64,000 bases of DNA from assembly GCA_963724865.1 (NCBI GenBank), contig CAVRWO010000005.1:197885-261884 (forward strand). Reading direction: 5' to 3'. Below the pieces are notes generated by a model that saw only the letters and a program-made list of their open reading frames with translations, was not told the DNA's origin and did not search any database. Shown here one piece after another: positions 32,804 to 42,228 of the stretch (its first letter is position 1; every line of letters starts with the position of its first letter). This DNA comes from an uncultured Acidimicrobiaceae bacterium. GTDB lineage: Bacteria > Actinomycetota > Acidimicrobiia > Acidimicrobiales > RAAP-2. The position numbers were made by a program, and so were the translations under genes.

Positions 32804-33756
32804 CGCGTCGCCAGCTCGGTGATCACGGCAAGCAGCGCAAGCACGAAGCCGCCCGCCATGAGTTCGGGAACGCGAAACAGGCGAACCTTCGCGGTGTGCA
32901 CCTCGACAAGCGACACGGCGACGGTGAGGACGGCGGCCTTAAGGGCGAGCGCGCCAACCGCGAGCACGAGACCAACTTGTGACGCGCCCGTGTCGATGCC
33001 CCACGGGGCGAAGAGGCTTGCGACGAGGCCGAACAGCAGTCCAAGGCGCATGGCGAGCGCGAGTGTGACGATCGCAAGGTCGCGACCGGCGTACTCAAGG
33101 ATCATGGCCTCATGGATCATCGTCAGCTCGAGGTGCGTTGCGGGATTGTCGACCGGCAGCCGCCCGGTCTCGGCGACCACGACGATCAGCAGTGCGACGA
33201 GCGCGAGGAGCCGGGTCGGCGAGGACGACCACGCCGAGTGCGCGATAGTCGAGGCCACGATCGTCGGCAGATTCGATGTTCCGGCTTGGATGGCGAGCGC
33301 AACCACCGCCACGAGAAGGGCCGGTTCAGCGAGGGCCCCGATAGTGGACGCTCGACTCGAGCCCATGCCCCCGAACGCACTCGCGCTGTCCAGACCCACC
33401 AACGCCAAGGTCACTGACCCCGTGAGCAGCAGGTACACGATGACAAGGGCGTCGGCGCTCGAGCCGAGCAACGGGTGGGTTACGAGGAGCGGGGAGATGA
33501 CGACGGCGAGCGTCGTCGCACCGAGAATGACAAGCGGCGCTCCTGCGAAGATCACGCTCGTAGATGCAGGCCGCAGGGCCTCCTTACCGAACAGCTTGCG
33601 CAGGTCGCGCAAGGGTTGGACGATCGGTGCGCCAACACGTCCTTCGGCGCGGGCACGCACTTTCGACATGACGCCGATCAGTAACGGGCCGCCCAGCGCG
33701 ATGACGACGACTTGTAGAAGCGAAGCTTCGAGTGAGAACCACCACGGCGTACTCAC
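32800..33756 (-). CDS. Ehr membrane subunit (HycD/NuoH-like)
   Basis: RARAEGRVGAPIVQPLRDLRKLF, AEPALL, AETGRLPVDNPATHLELTMIHEAM; GTG at 33756. Confidence 0.88.
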   Translation of the reverse strand: MSTPWWFSLEASLLQVVVIALGGPLLIGVMSKVRARAEGRVGAPIVQPLRDLRKLFGKEALRPASTSVIFAGAPLVILGATTLAVVISPLLVTHPLLGSSADALVIVYLLLTGSVTLALVGLDSASAFGGMGSSRASTIGALAEPALLVAVVALAIQAGTSNLPTIVASTIAHSAWSSSPTRLLALVALLIVVVAETGRLPVDNPATHLELTMIHEAMILEYAGRDLAIVTLALAMRLGLLFGLVASLFAPWGIDTGASQVGLVLAVGALALKAAVLTVAVSLVEVHTAKVRLFRVPELMAGGFVLALLAVITELATR

Positions 33757-35744
33757 GCGAGGACCACCAGGACGATGAGGAGCGCCACAAAGCCAAAGGC
33801 CAGGTAGCGGTGCACGCTGCCGTTCTGCACGCGACGCGCGACGACGCCGACGTGCCGAGTCGCAGCGATGATCGGCTGGTAGACAACCCGTTCGACGACG
33901 TCGTCGACCCGGTGCTGCACGGAGAGCGTCTCTTCGTAGAAGCGCGACTCGTCCACGTGAGTGACTTCGACGTCGAGCTCGGGGCGAAGAACGTCCGAGA
34001 AGACGCGTTGGAGCGGCTCGCCGTAGGACGTAGCGGTGTACTGCATTCGAGCGCTTGGCGGATCGCCTCCGCCCCGCCACGCCGCCACCATGCGCGGTTG
34101 CCGACCTCGTCGCTTCGTCCACATCGCAACGACGAAGATGGCGACGACAAAGCCTGCGAGCAATGCCGCGGGTTCGATCGCACCGCGCTCGTGAGGCAAG
34201 ACCAGACTGAGACCGGGTGCGAATGAGTGGCGAGTGCCGAAGCCGCTGGTTGCAACCGCCCGTTCAACGAGAGGTACGACTTCGCCCGGAACGAGTCCGA
34301 GCAGGAAGCTGGGAAGCGCCAACACGGCCATGGCGACGAGCATGCTGAGCGCAGCCTCGCGCCCAGCGTTCGCGCCGTCTGATCGGGCGCGACCGAGAAA
34401 TCCAACCCCGAACGCCTTCACGAACGCAGCGGCGGTGAGACCACCGGTCAGCGCGAGGGCCGCGATGGCAATCAGCACGACGACGAGAGAAGCAGTGGTT
34501 CGATCGGAGAAGCCGTGGAGCAGACCCTCGAGGAGGACCCATTCGCTCGAAAAGCCACTGAACGCGGGCACAGCCACGATGGAGAGGGCGCCCACTCCAA
34601 AGAGTGCCGTCGTGAAGGGCAGACGGTGAATCAGTCCGCCAAGATGATCGAGGTTGCGCGTGCCGGTTGATCGTTCAACCGCGCCCGCGGCGAGAAAGAG
34701 GCAGGCTTTAAACGCCGCGTGCGCGACCAGCAGAAGCAGCGCACCAAGGAGCACGAGGCGGGCATCACCCGTCCGACCTGACGCGCGCAACGCGCCCGCG
34801 CACCCGACCCCGGTCAAGACGAGTCCGATGACATCGATCGTCGAGTACGCCAAGAGCCGCTTGAGATCGCTGCTCGTCGCAGCTTGAAGGGCTCCGTACA
34901 GAGCGGACGTCGCGCCAACGACGACGACAAGCACCCACCACCAGAGTTCGCCGCCGTGGAGCAAGACCCCGCCCACGCGCAGCACCCCGTAGACCCCGAG
35001 GGCCACCATGACACCCGACATGAGAGCGGAAACCGGGCTCGGCGCTTGGGGATGGGCTTTCGGCAGCCACACGTGCAGCGGCACGGCACCGGCCTTCGAA
35101 GCAAAACCGATGAACGTGAGCACAAACGCGACCGAGCGAACGCCAGAGGAAAGTGTGGATTCGTGCGTCGCGATGGCGCTGAAGTTGAGCGAACCTCCCT
35201 TGGACAACCAGAGCAGCCCGAGCAAAATCGACGCGGCACCGAATTGGGTCATTGCTGCGTACCACTGTGCGGCGGCGCGGGCCTCGGGTCGGTGGCGTTG
35301 TTCGACGAGGATGAGCACTGTCGATGCCAGGGCCATGAGCTCCCAGGCGAACATGAACGTCGCCACGCTTGAGGCAACGGGCACGACGACAAGAGAGAGA
35401 ATGAAGATCGTGTAGAGCGCGAGGAACGTTCGCGAGCGAAGCTCCGCCTTGGCGTAGCCAATGAGGTAGATCAGTGCCGCGAGACCGACGAATGAAGCGG
35501 CCGCGGCGAACAGGGCGCCCAGTGGATCCAGCGTGAGCGAAAGGCCAGCAAGCGGGAGAACCAGGGTCGTGTGAAATGACGACGTGTCTCCTCGCTCGAG
35601 CACCGCGACCGCCGCTACCAGAGTGAGCGCACAACCGACGACTGCCACGCCGACGACGCCGACCACGCGTGCGCGAACGTTCGCGATGCCCGACAGCATT
35701 GAGGACGCGAGGAGGAGAATGAGTCCGACGAGGAAGAGATCCAT
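33753..35744 (-). CDS. Ehr antiporter-like membrane subunit (HyfB/HycC-like)
   Basis: FMFAWELM, SKAGAVPLHVWLPKAHPQAPSPVSALMSG, LKRLLAYSTI, PAFSGFSSEW; ATG at 35744. Confidence 0.88.
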   Translation of the reverse strand: MDLFLVGLILLLASSMLSGIANVRARVVGVVGVAVVGCALTLVAAVAVLERGDTSSFHTTLVLPLAGLSLTLDPLGALFAAAASFVGLAALIYLIGYAKAELRSRTFLALYTIFILSLVVVPVASSVATFMFAWELMALASTVLILVEQRHRPEARAAAQWYAAMTQFGAASILLGLLWLSKGGSLNFSAIATHESTLSSGVRSVAFVLTFIGFASKAGAVPLHVWLPKAHPQAPSPVSALMSGVMVALGVYGVLRVGGVLLHGGELWWWVLVVVVGATSALYGALQAATSSDLKRLLAYSTIDVIGLVLTGVGCAGALRASGRTGDARLVLLGALLLLVAHAAFKACLFLAAGAVERSTGTRNLDHLGGLIHRLPFTTALFGVGALSIVAVPAFSGFSSEWVLLEGLLHGFSDRTTASLVVVLIAIAALALTGGLTAAAFVKAFGVGFLGRARSDGANAGREAALSMLVAMAVLALPSFLLGLVPGEVVPLVERAVATSGFGTRHSFAPGLSLVLPHERGAIEPAALLAGFVVAIFVVAMWTKRRGRQPRMVAAWRGGGDPPSARMQYTATSYGEPLQRVFSDVLRPELDVEVTHVDESRFYEETLSVQHRVDDVVERVVYQPIIAATRHVGVVARRVQNGSVHRYLAFGFVALLIVLVVLA

Positions 35745-35746
35745 GC

Positions 35747-36238
35747 TCAGCGACCGCTGAGACGTCGCAGCGCTTGGGTGATCGCCGCGGGATGTGGCGG
35801 GCACCCGGGAATTGCGACATCAATGTCTACGATCTGATCCACTCGCGACGCGACACCATAGGCGTCACGAAAGATTCCCCCGTCAACCGCGCAGTCGCCG
35901 CACGCGACGACCACCGCGGGCTTCGGGGTGGCGTCCAGGGCACGCTCCAACGGCTCGGCCATATTGCGCGTGACGACACCAGTGATCAGCAGGCCGTCGG
36001 CGTGACGCGGCGACGCCACCAGTCGAACGCCGTAACGTGCGGCGTCATACGACGGCGCAAAGGCCGATGCAATCTCGAGTTCACAGCCATTGCACGAGCC
36101 GGCATCGACATGACGCAGTTGAAGTGATCCCCTGAATGTCGATGCCGTTGCGTTCGCGGGAACTGGTTTCGACCGCGCAGAGGTCGGCTTCGAGAGGATG
36201 GACCTCAGTATTGACTTTCCTGCAGCGCGCGAATTCAC
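35747..36238 (-). CDS. Ehr small Fe-S subunit (HycG/NuoB-like)
   Basis: RHVDAGSCNGCELE, ASPRHADGLLITG, GDC, IPGCPP. Confidence 0.88.
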   Translation of the reverse strand: MNSRAAGKSILRSILSKPTSARSKPVPANATASTFRGSLQLRHVDAGSCNGCELEIASAFAPSYDAARYGVRLVASPRHADGLLITGVVTRNMAEPLERALDATPKPAVVVACGDCAVDGGIFRDAYGVASRVDQIVDIDVAIPGCPPHPAAITQALRRLSGR

Positions 36239-36324
36239 CAGCTTGTCGAATCAGTCAGTGACGCGAGAGCGTGTCGAGACCTTTGTCGCCTCACGGCAGA
36301 TTGTGAGCGGGAAGTGGCGATCGT

Positions 36325-36687
36325 TCATTCCGGACCGACTAGGTCTTCGAAGGTCTGGCGAGCGCGTCCCAGCGTGGAGCGAAGGACTGCACGCGCCGCC
36401 GATAAGAACTCTCCGACGGAAGAGTCCGTAACCCGGTACGTCACGGCGTTGCCTCGTCGATTTGATTCGATTAGTCCTGTGCGCTTGAGCACGTTGAGGT
36501 GTTGAGAGAGCGACGACGGTTCGAGTTGCGTCTCGCGCAGCAGGCTGCTAACGGTCTGCTCATCGGCGACGAGCAACTCAAGCAACCGGATTCTTGCTGG
36601 GTGCCCGAGCGACTTGAACAACTCGGCTTTCGCGACGTACAGGGGCTTGGTGGAGTTCTCTTCAGTCACACTAATAACTATATTCAT
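36325..36687 (-). CDS. ArsR/SmtB-family regulator (Rv0081-like) heading the ehr operon
   Basis: KPLYVAKAELFKSLGHPARIRLLELL..SSLSQHLNVLKRTGLI. Confidence 0.88.
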   Translation of the reverse strand: MNIVISVTEENSTKPLYVAKAELFKSLGHPARIRLLELLVADEQTVSSLLRETQLEPSSLSQHLNVLKRTGLIESNRRGNAVTYRVTDSSVGEFLSAARAVLRSTLGRARQTFEDLVGPE

Positions 36688-36706
36688 GAATTCATAAATT
36701 CATGAA
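36683..36706. promoter_or_regulatory. Palindromic operator over the arsR start
   Basis: TTCATGAATT-CATA-AATTCATGAA, perfect 10-bp arms in an AT-rich stretch. Confidence 0.7.
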
Positions 36707-36829
36707 ATACATCCTCTGCTGTGCCAAGACAGAACGAACATCGAGGGACAGATAGTGCCTTTTGACCAGCGTATTTCCTTCACTTGGCGCCTTCCTTCCC
36801 AAGCCGTCGCACACTCCAAGCGCTTGGTT

Positions 36830-38326
36830 TCAGTGATCGATGCCAGCGATGTTGAGGTACTTCACCTCGAGCCACTCTTCGATGCCGTACCGCGAACCCT
36901 CGCGGCCGATGCCGGACTCCTTCACCCCGCCGAAGGGCACGACCTCCGAGGAGATGACGCCGGTATTGATGCCAACGATGCCGACGTCGAGTGCTTCGGC
37001 AACGCGCCAGACTCGACCGATGTCACGGGAGTAGAAGTAGGCGGACAGGCCGTAGGGGGTGTCATTCGCCAGGCGAACGGCCTCGGCCTCGTCGCTGAAG
37101 CGGATGATTCCCGCGACGGGGCCGAACGTCTCCTCACAGGACATGGTCGCGTCGGTCGTCACGTCCGCGATCACTGTTGGTTGGAAGAACGTGCCACCAA
37201 GTGGGTGTGGCTTCCCACCGGTGACGATCGTGGCGCCCCGCTGGACCGCGTCGGACACGTGGCGAACAACCTTCTCGAAGCCCTGCTCATCGATGAGCGG
37301 CCCCACGGCGACGCCGTCTTCGAAGCCCGACGCGACCTTCAGCCCGGCCGCTCGCTCGGCCAGTTCGGTGACGAAACGGTCGTAGAGGGAGTCTTGGACA
37401 AAGATTCGGTTGGCCGTGATGCACGTTTGGCCGCTGTTGCGGAACTTGTTGACGACGACGCCGTCAAGGGCCGCGTCGAAATCCGCATCATCGAAGACGA
37501 TGAACGGTGCGTTGCCCCCGAGCTCGAGGGAGATCTTCTTGATGCCCGTAGCGCACTGGGCCATGAGCAGGCGTCCGACAGCGGTGGACCCGGTGAAGCC
37601 GACCTTGCGAACCACAGGACTACCCGTGAGCTCCGCGCCGACTGCGGGCGCGCCGTCGCCCGAGGCGGTCACCAGGTTGAAGACGCCCGCCGGCAGTCCG
37701 GCGCGATCGGCGAGCTCGCACAGCGCCAGCGCCGACAGTGGGGTCTGTTCGGCGGGCTTGCACACCATGGTGCAACCCGCGGCTAACGCAGGTGCCGCTT
37801 TACGGGTGATCATCGCAGAAGGGAAGTTCCACGGCGTGATCCCGCCGGTGACGCCGATGGGCTGCTTCAAGACGACGAGGCGGCGATCCGAGGCGTAGGT
37901 AGGTATCGTGTCGCCGTACACGCGCTTGGCCTCCTCGCCGAACCACTCGAGGAACGACGCAGCGTAGGCGATCTCCGCTCGGGACTCGGCGAGCGGCTTG
38001 CCCTGCTCGGCAGTAAGGATCGCTGCGAGGTCCTCAGTGTTCTCGAGCACCAGATCGGCCCAGCGGCGAAGGACGCGGGCGCGGTCCTTTGCGAGGCGCG
38101 ACGCCCACAGAGCGAGTGCGTCATCGGCGCACGCGATGGCCTCACGGGTCTCCTCTGCACCCATGGCCGGCACGTGGGCGAGGACCGTGCCGGTCGCGGG
38201 GTCGTTCACCGCAAAGGTGTCCCCGCTCCTCGCGCTCTGCCACTTCCCCCCAATGTACGCCTCGGCGCGCAGGAGACTCGGGTCGCGCAGTCGGACTGGA
38301 AGGTTGGCTTGCTCAGGTTGGCGCAT
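36830..38326 (-). CDS. gabD: NAD(P)-dependent succinate-semialdehyde dehydrogenase
   Basis: ITPWNFP, KPAEQTP, GFTGSTAVG, LELGGNAP, NSGQTC, EETFGPV, FGGVKESGIGREG. Confidence 0.85.
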   Translation of the reverse strand: MRQPEQANLPVRLRDPSLLRAEAYIGGKWQSARSGDTFAVNDPATGTVLAHVPAMGAEETREAIACADDALALWASRLAKDRARVLRRWADLVLENTEDLAAILTAEQGKPLAESRAEIAYAASFLEWFGEEAKRVYGDTIPTYASDRRLVVLKQPIGVTGGITPWNFPSAMITRKAAPALAAGCTMVCKPAEQTPLSALALCELADRAGLPAGVFNLVTASGDGAPAVGAELTGSPVVRKVGFTGSTAVGRLLMAQCATGIKKISLELGGNAPFIVFDDADFDAALDGVVVNKFRNSGQTCITANRIFVQDSLYDRFVTELAERAAGLKVASGFEDGVAVGPLIDEQGFEKVVRHVSDAVQRGATIVTGGKPHPLGGTFFQPTVIADVTTDATMSCEETFGPVAGIIRFSDEAEAVRLANDTPYGLSAYFYSRDIGRVWRVAEALDVGIVGINTGVISSEVVPFGGVKESGIGREGSRYGIEEWLEVKYLNIAGIDH

Positions 38327-38375
38327 CGCCCTCCTCATACGGCCGCGGATTCAGTGGCGTCCTCATCTCGACCAG

Positions 38376-40055
38376 TTAGACGGGGAGTCGTACCGACGGG
38401 GTCAACTGGTCGGGGTCGACCAGCAGCTCGATGAGCGCGGGCCGGTTCGTTGCGCGAGCCCGTTCGAACGCGGCGGGAAAATCTCGAGTCGCCGTCACCG
38501 TCTCTGCGTAGGCGCCGTAGGCGCGCGCGAGCGCCGCGAAGTCCGGGGTGACGAGGTCGGTCGCGAAGACTCGGCCGGGGTAGCGCCGCTCCTGGTGCAG
38601 GCGGATGGTGCCGTACATGTGATTGTTGACGACGATCACGATGACGTTGAGGTCCTCTTGGACCGCGGTGGCGAGCTCCTGGCCCGACATGAGAAAGCAG
38701 CCATCGCCGGCGAAGGCGACGACCTCACGCTCGGGATGGAGCACCTTTGCGGCGAGCGCCGCCGGCAGTCCGTAACCCATCGAGCCACCGGTGGGAGCGA
38801 GCTGCGTGCGGAACTGGCGGAAGGTGACGTAGCGGTGTATCCACGTCGTGTAGTTGCCGGCCCCGTTCGTGACGATCGCGTCGTCGCCGATGAGACTCCG
38901 CAGCTCGCTGGTCACGACCGCCAGATCGACGTGGCGCTCGTCGTTGATCGCTTCGACGGCACGCCAGTCGAGGTAGTCCTGCCGTCCCTTGTCGACCCAG
39001 TCGGACCACGGGTTCGTCACCAGAGGCTCTAATGCCGCGAGCGCTTCGACGAATGCGGGGATGGCGGCCGTGACGCCGAGCGTCGGGCGAAAGACCCGGC
39101 CGATCTCCTCGGCACCTTGGTGCACGTGAACGAGCGCTTGGTGGGGCGCCGGCGAAAGGATTCGCTGGTAGGCGCCGGTGGTGATGTCGTCGAGACGAGG
39201 ACCGAGGGCAACGAGCAGGTCCGCCTCGGCGAGCCGCGAGGCGAGCGCCGGGCTGACGCCCATGCCGACGTCGCCGATGTAGGTCGCGAGCGTGTTGTCG
39301 TACGCGTCCTGGTAGCGAAAGACCGTCGCCACCGCAGCCTGATTGGCCTCGGCAAAGCGCGCCAACGATTCCGACGCCTGGGCCGTCCATCCGGCGCCGC
39401 CCGCGAGGATGAGCGGACGCTCCGCGACGGCGAGCAGGTCACGTACACGCTCTACGGTGTCGAGCGACGCGACGGCGTCGGCGCGCTCAAACGGAGCGAG
39501 CACGGAAGCCGTGGTCGAATCTCGCAGGACGTCCTCGGGCAGTCCGAGCACCACCGGTCCGGGACGACCGCTCGTCGCGGTCGCAAAGGCCCGGCTCAGG
39601 AACTCAGGAATTCGATCGGCGTCGTCCACGTCGGCCGCCCACTTTGCGATCGAACCGAAGGTGGCATGGATATCTATCTCCTGGAACGTCTCTCTTCCGC
39701 GGACCGAGCGAGCGACCTGTCCCACCAAGAGGAGGAGGGGCGTCGAGCCCTGCATTGCCATGTGCACGCCGTTGGCGGCATGCAGCGCCCCCGGTCCCCG
39801 GCTCACCAGACAGACGCCCGGCAGGCCAGACAGCTTTCCTGCCGCGTCGGCCATGAAGGCAGCTGCGCCCTCGTGGCGAGCCGTCACGAAGCGAATGACG
39901 TCCTGGCGATCGCGCAGCGCGTCGAGCATCGGCAGGAAGCTCTCGCCCGGCACACCGAAGACGGCGGTGACGCCGAGCGCCGCCAGCTGGTCGACGAGCA
40001 GGCGTCCCCCGGTGCTGGTCGAGGGCGCCACCGCGTCGGGGCTCGGGCAGGTCAC
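38376..40055 (-). CDS. ThDP-dependent enzyme (acetolactate-synthase-like family)
   Basis: FGVPGES, RHEGAAAFMA, GPGALH, GSMGYG, GDGCFLM..NNHMYG ThDP motif. Confidence 0.9.
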   Translation of the reverse strand: MTCPSPDAVAPSTSTGGRLLVDQLAALGVTAVFGVPGESFLPMLDALRDRQDVIRFVTARHEGAAAFMADAAGKLSGLPGVCLVSRGPGALHAANGVHMAMQGSTPLLLLVGQVARSVRGRETFQEIDIHATFGSIAKWAADVDDADRIPEFLSRAFATATSGRPGPVVLGLPEDVLRDSTTASVLAPFERADAVASLDTVERVRDLLAVAERPLILAGGAGWTAQASESLARFAEANQAAVATVFRYQDAYDNTLATYIGDVGMGVSPALASRLAEADLLVALGPRLDDITTGAYQRILSPAPHQALVHVHQGAEEIGRVFRPTLGVTAAIPAFVEALAALEPLVTNPWSDWVDKGRQDYLDWRAVEAINDERHVDLAVVTSELRSLIGDDAIVTNGAGNYTTWIHRYVTFRQFRTQLAPTGGSMGYGLPAALAAKVLHPEREVVAFAGDGCFLMSGQELATAVQEDLNVIVIVVNNHMYGTIRLHQERRYPGRVFATDLVTPDFAALARAYGAYAETVTATRDFPAAFERARATNRPALIELLVDPDQLTPSVRLPV

Positions 40056-40726
40056 AGGCTGGTCTCCTCGTCGAGGTAGATGGTGTAGCGCTGATCCTTC
40101 GGCCGCAGTCGATCCTCCTCGTGGACATAGCTGATCGAGCTCTTTCCCTTGAACGCGACCGGTAGCACCATCACGCGCACGAAGGCAGCACCGACGTCGC
40201 GAGAGGCTTCTGCGTACACCGTCGTCGGACCGGGCTCGAACCAGGCGTCACCGGGAACGTAGTCGTGGCTCTCGCCGTTCGTCCGCACGCGCAGCGTGCC
40301 CGAGATCAGGCGACGGATACCGGGGCCTGCGTGCGTGTGCGAGTACGCGATCCCGCCTGGGGGGAAGTCGACTTGGTCACAGCGCAACAGACACGTCGGT
40401 GTGGTGATCGTGATCGCGCGCTCGAGGAGCACCGGGCCGTTCTCGCCGGTGTGCTCGTCGTTAGGTGACAGGGTCCACCACTCGATCGACGCCGCCGCGC
40501 CGCCATCGATGAGGCGCACGGGAGAGCGCTGGACCCAGGCCTCAGGCGTCTGGTGCGAGAGGGACTCGTCGCCGTCATCGGCGATGATCTTGCCGTCGCG
40601 CAGGAAGAACACCGATAGTCCGTGTTCGAAACTCATCTCGCTGCCGGGTAGGAACTCTGCGGCGCCAAGGGTCAGGCGCCAGGCGGTGGTCCCCGTCGGG
40701 TTCGCCACGGGCTGGGACCTGCTCAC
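40052..40726 (-). CDS. Cupin-domain protein
   Basis: DFPPGGIAYSHTHAGPGIRRLISG..GDAWFEPG..VYA cupin motifs; translationally coupled on both sides. Confidence 0.72.
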   Translation of the reverse strand: MSRSQPVANPTGTTAWRLTLGAAEFLPGSEMSFEHGLSVFFLRDGKIIADDGDESLSHQTPEAWVQRSPVRLIDGGAAASIEWWTLSPNDEHTGENGPVLLERAITITTPTCLLRCDQVDFPPGGIAYSHTHAGPGIRRLISGTLRVRTNGESHDYVPGDAWFEPGPTTVYAEASRDVGAAFVRVMVLPVAFKGKSSISYVHEEDRLRPKDQRYTIYLDEETSL

Positions 40727-41058
40727 GACGTCACCGCGTGGTCGTTGCCGATCGGAGAGAACGACGTCGGCACCAGGATCCGGTTTTCCTGGTGGACGAC
40801 GAACGGTCGAATGGTCGCGACGTAGTCCTGCCAGGTGGCATTCTCAAGGAGCTTGGCTCTTCGCGCCTCACGGTCCGCCAGATCGTCGTAGCCCCACAGG
40901 TGCACGATCTGGTTGAGCGTTCCAATCTCGGTAGTGAAGTAGCCGATCAAGTTCCCCAAGATCGCTCGCTGCACCTCGAGGCCGACCTCTTCGTACGCTT
41001 TGAGGTACGCGGCCGACTTGCCGGGATGGAGGGTGTACGTCCTCTCTTCAACAATCAT
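40723..41058 (-). CDS. NIPSNAP family protein
   Basis: EERTYTLHPG, GYFTTEIGTLNQIVHLWGYDDLADREARR; ATG 41058 with a GAAAGG RBS. Confidence 0.88.
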   Translation of the reverse strand: MIVEERTYTLHPGKSAAYLKAYEEVGLEVQRAILGNLIGYFTTEIGTLNQIVHLWGYDDLADREARRAKLLENATWQDYVATIRPFVVHQENRILVPTSFSPIGNDHAVTS

Positions 41059-41155
41059 TGGCGTTTGTCCTTTCAGTTGATCGGTGGCAGCACCGCAGGC
41101 GGCCAAGTAGGATTAGGCGGCTTTCGCGGCAGCCTGGATTGTGTGGAGGATTCCC

Positions 41156-42046
41156 TTGCAACTGCACCAGCTCCGCTACTTCATCGCCATCTGTGAAGAG
41201 GGCAACATGTCGCGGGCCGCGATACGGCTCTTCGTGGCCCAGCCGTCGCTGAGCGAACAGGTCCGAAAGCTGGAGCAGGAACTCGGGACGCCGCTGTTTG
41301 TCCGCCTCCCGCGTCGTCTCGTGCTGACGCCCGCCGGCGAGACCTTTCGCGTGCACGCCACGCGCATCCTCGAGGAGGTCGATCTCGTGCAATCGCATAT
41401 TGACGAGGTGTCCGCCCAGAGCGGCCAGGAGATCCGCGTGGGAGTGCTGCCCACCCTTGGGAGCCGGCTCTTTCCCACAGTAATCGCCGAGTTCCGGCGC
41501 ACCAATCCCGGCGTGCGGATCGAGCTGCGTGAAGAGAACTCCTCGCTCAGCGTGAAGCATCTGCTCAGCGAACGCGAGCTCGACGTCGGGGTCCTGCGCC
41601 TCGACGGGAAGCTGCCCTCGCATCTGGAGGCGAGCTTCTTTCTTCGTGAGCCGCTGGTCGCCCTCGTCGGGCCCGGTCACCTGCTCGCTCGCGGCGGTGA
41701 GGTGAGCCTCGAAGAGATCGCCGAAGAGCCCTTCATCACCTTGAAGGCGGGCTACGGACTTCGCGAGCTCGTCATGAACGTGCTGAAGGAAGCCGGGGTC
41801 ACGCCCAACATCACGGTGGAGGTGAGTCAGCTTGACTTCTTGATCGGCCTCGTGGAGGCGGGAATGGGGATCACCATGCTGCCCCAGCTGGCAGTCGCTC
41901 GAGAGCGTCGGGTAACCCAGCTGCAGATCAGCGACCGCCACGCGTTTCGCGAGCTGTACCTGGTGTGGCGCAAGGACATTCCGCGCGAGAGCAGGACGCC
42001 GCTGCGCACATTCATTGAGATGTTGAGAGCCAACGCCGTTCATTGA
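41156..42046 (+). CDS. LysR-family transcriptional regulator
   Basis: LHQLRYFIAICEEGNMSRAAIRLFVAQPSLSEQVRKLEQELGTPLF; TTG start after GGAGGA. Confidence 0.95.
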   Translation: MQLHQLRYFIAICEEGNMSRAAIRLFVAQPSLSEQVRKLEQELGTPLFVRLPRRLVLTPAGETFRVHATRILEEVDLVQSHIDEVSAQSGQEIRVGVLPTLGSRLFPTVIAEFRRTNPGVRIELREENSSLSVKHLLSERELDVGVLRLDGKLPSHLEASFFLREPLVALVGPGHLLARGGEVSLEEIAEEPFITLKAGYGLRELVMNVLKEAGVTPNITVEVSQLDFLIGLVEAGMGITMLPQLAVARERRVTQLQISDRHAFRELYLVWRKDIPRESRTPLRTFIEMLRANAVH

Positions 42047-42078
42047 GGCGAAGTCTAAGAAGCGTTGCACGAAGCGAC

Positions 42079-42120
42079 TAGAGGCGACTTCCCTATCAGA
42101 CCTCTAGGCGATACCTATGG
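42079..42120. promoter_or_regulatory. Conserved 42-bp motif, copy 1 (3' of lysR)
   Basis: TAGAGG-N7-CCTATCAGACCTCTAGGCGATACCTATGG. Confidence 0.7.
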
Positions 42121-42228
42121 TGGCGCTCTTTCGTCACCGCGCGCAGCGACGCCCTCCATCGCGGGAACGAAGGAGGGCGTCGTAGTGTTGGCCCTTGCGG
42201 CGGCGCGCGAGATGCTCGCGCGAAGCGA

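Noticed and set aside
29218-36238. Functional [NiFe] group 4 hydrogenase / formate hydrogenlyase
   Set aside because: The large subunit lacks both CxxC Ni-binding motifs, and no maturation or formate dehydrogenase genes are adjacent.
36251-36328. 25-aa ORF overlapping the arsR stop
   Set aside because: No recognisable motif or RBS support; the small-subunit gene can start at 36238 independently.
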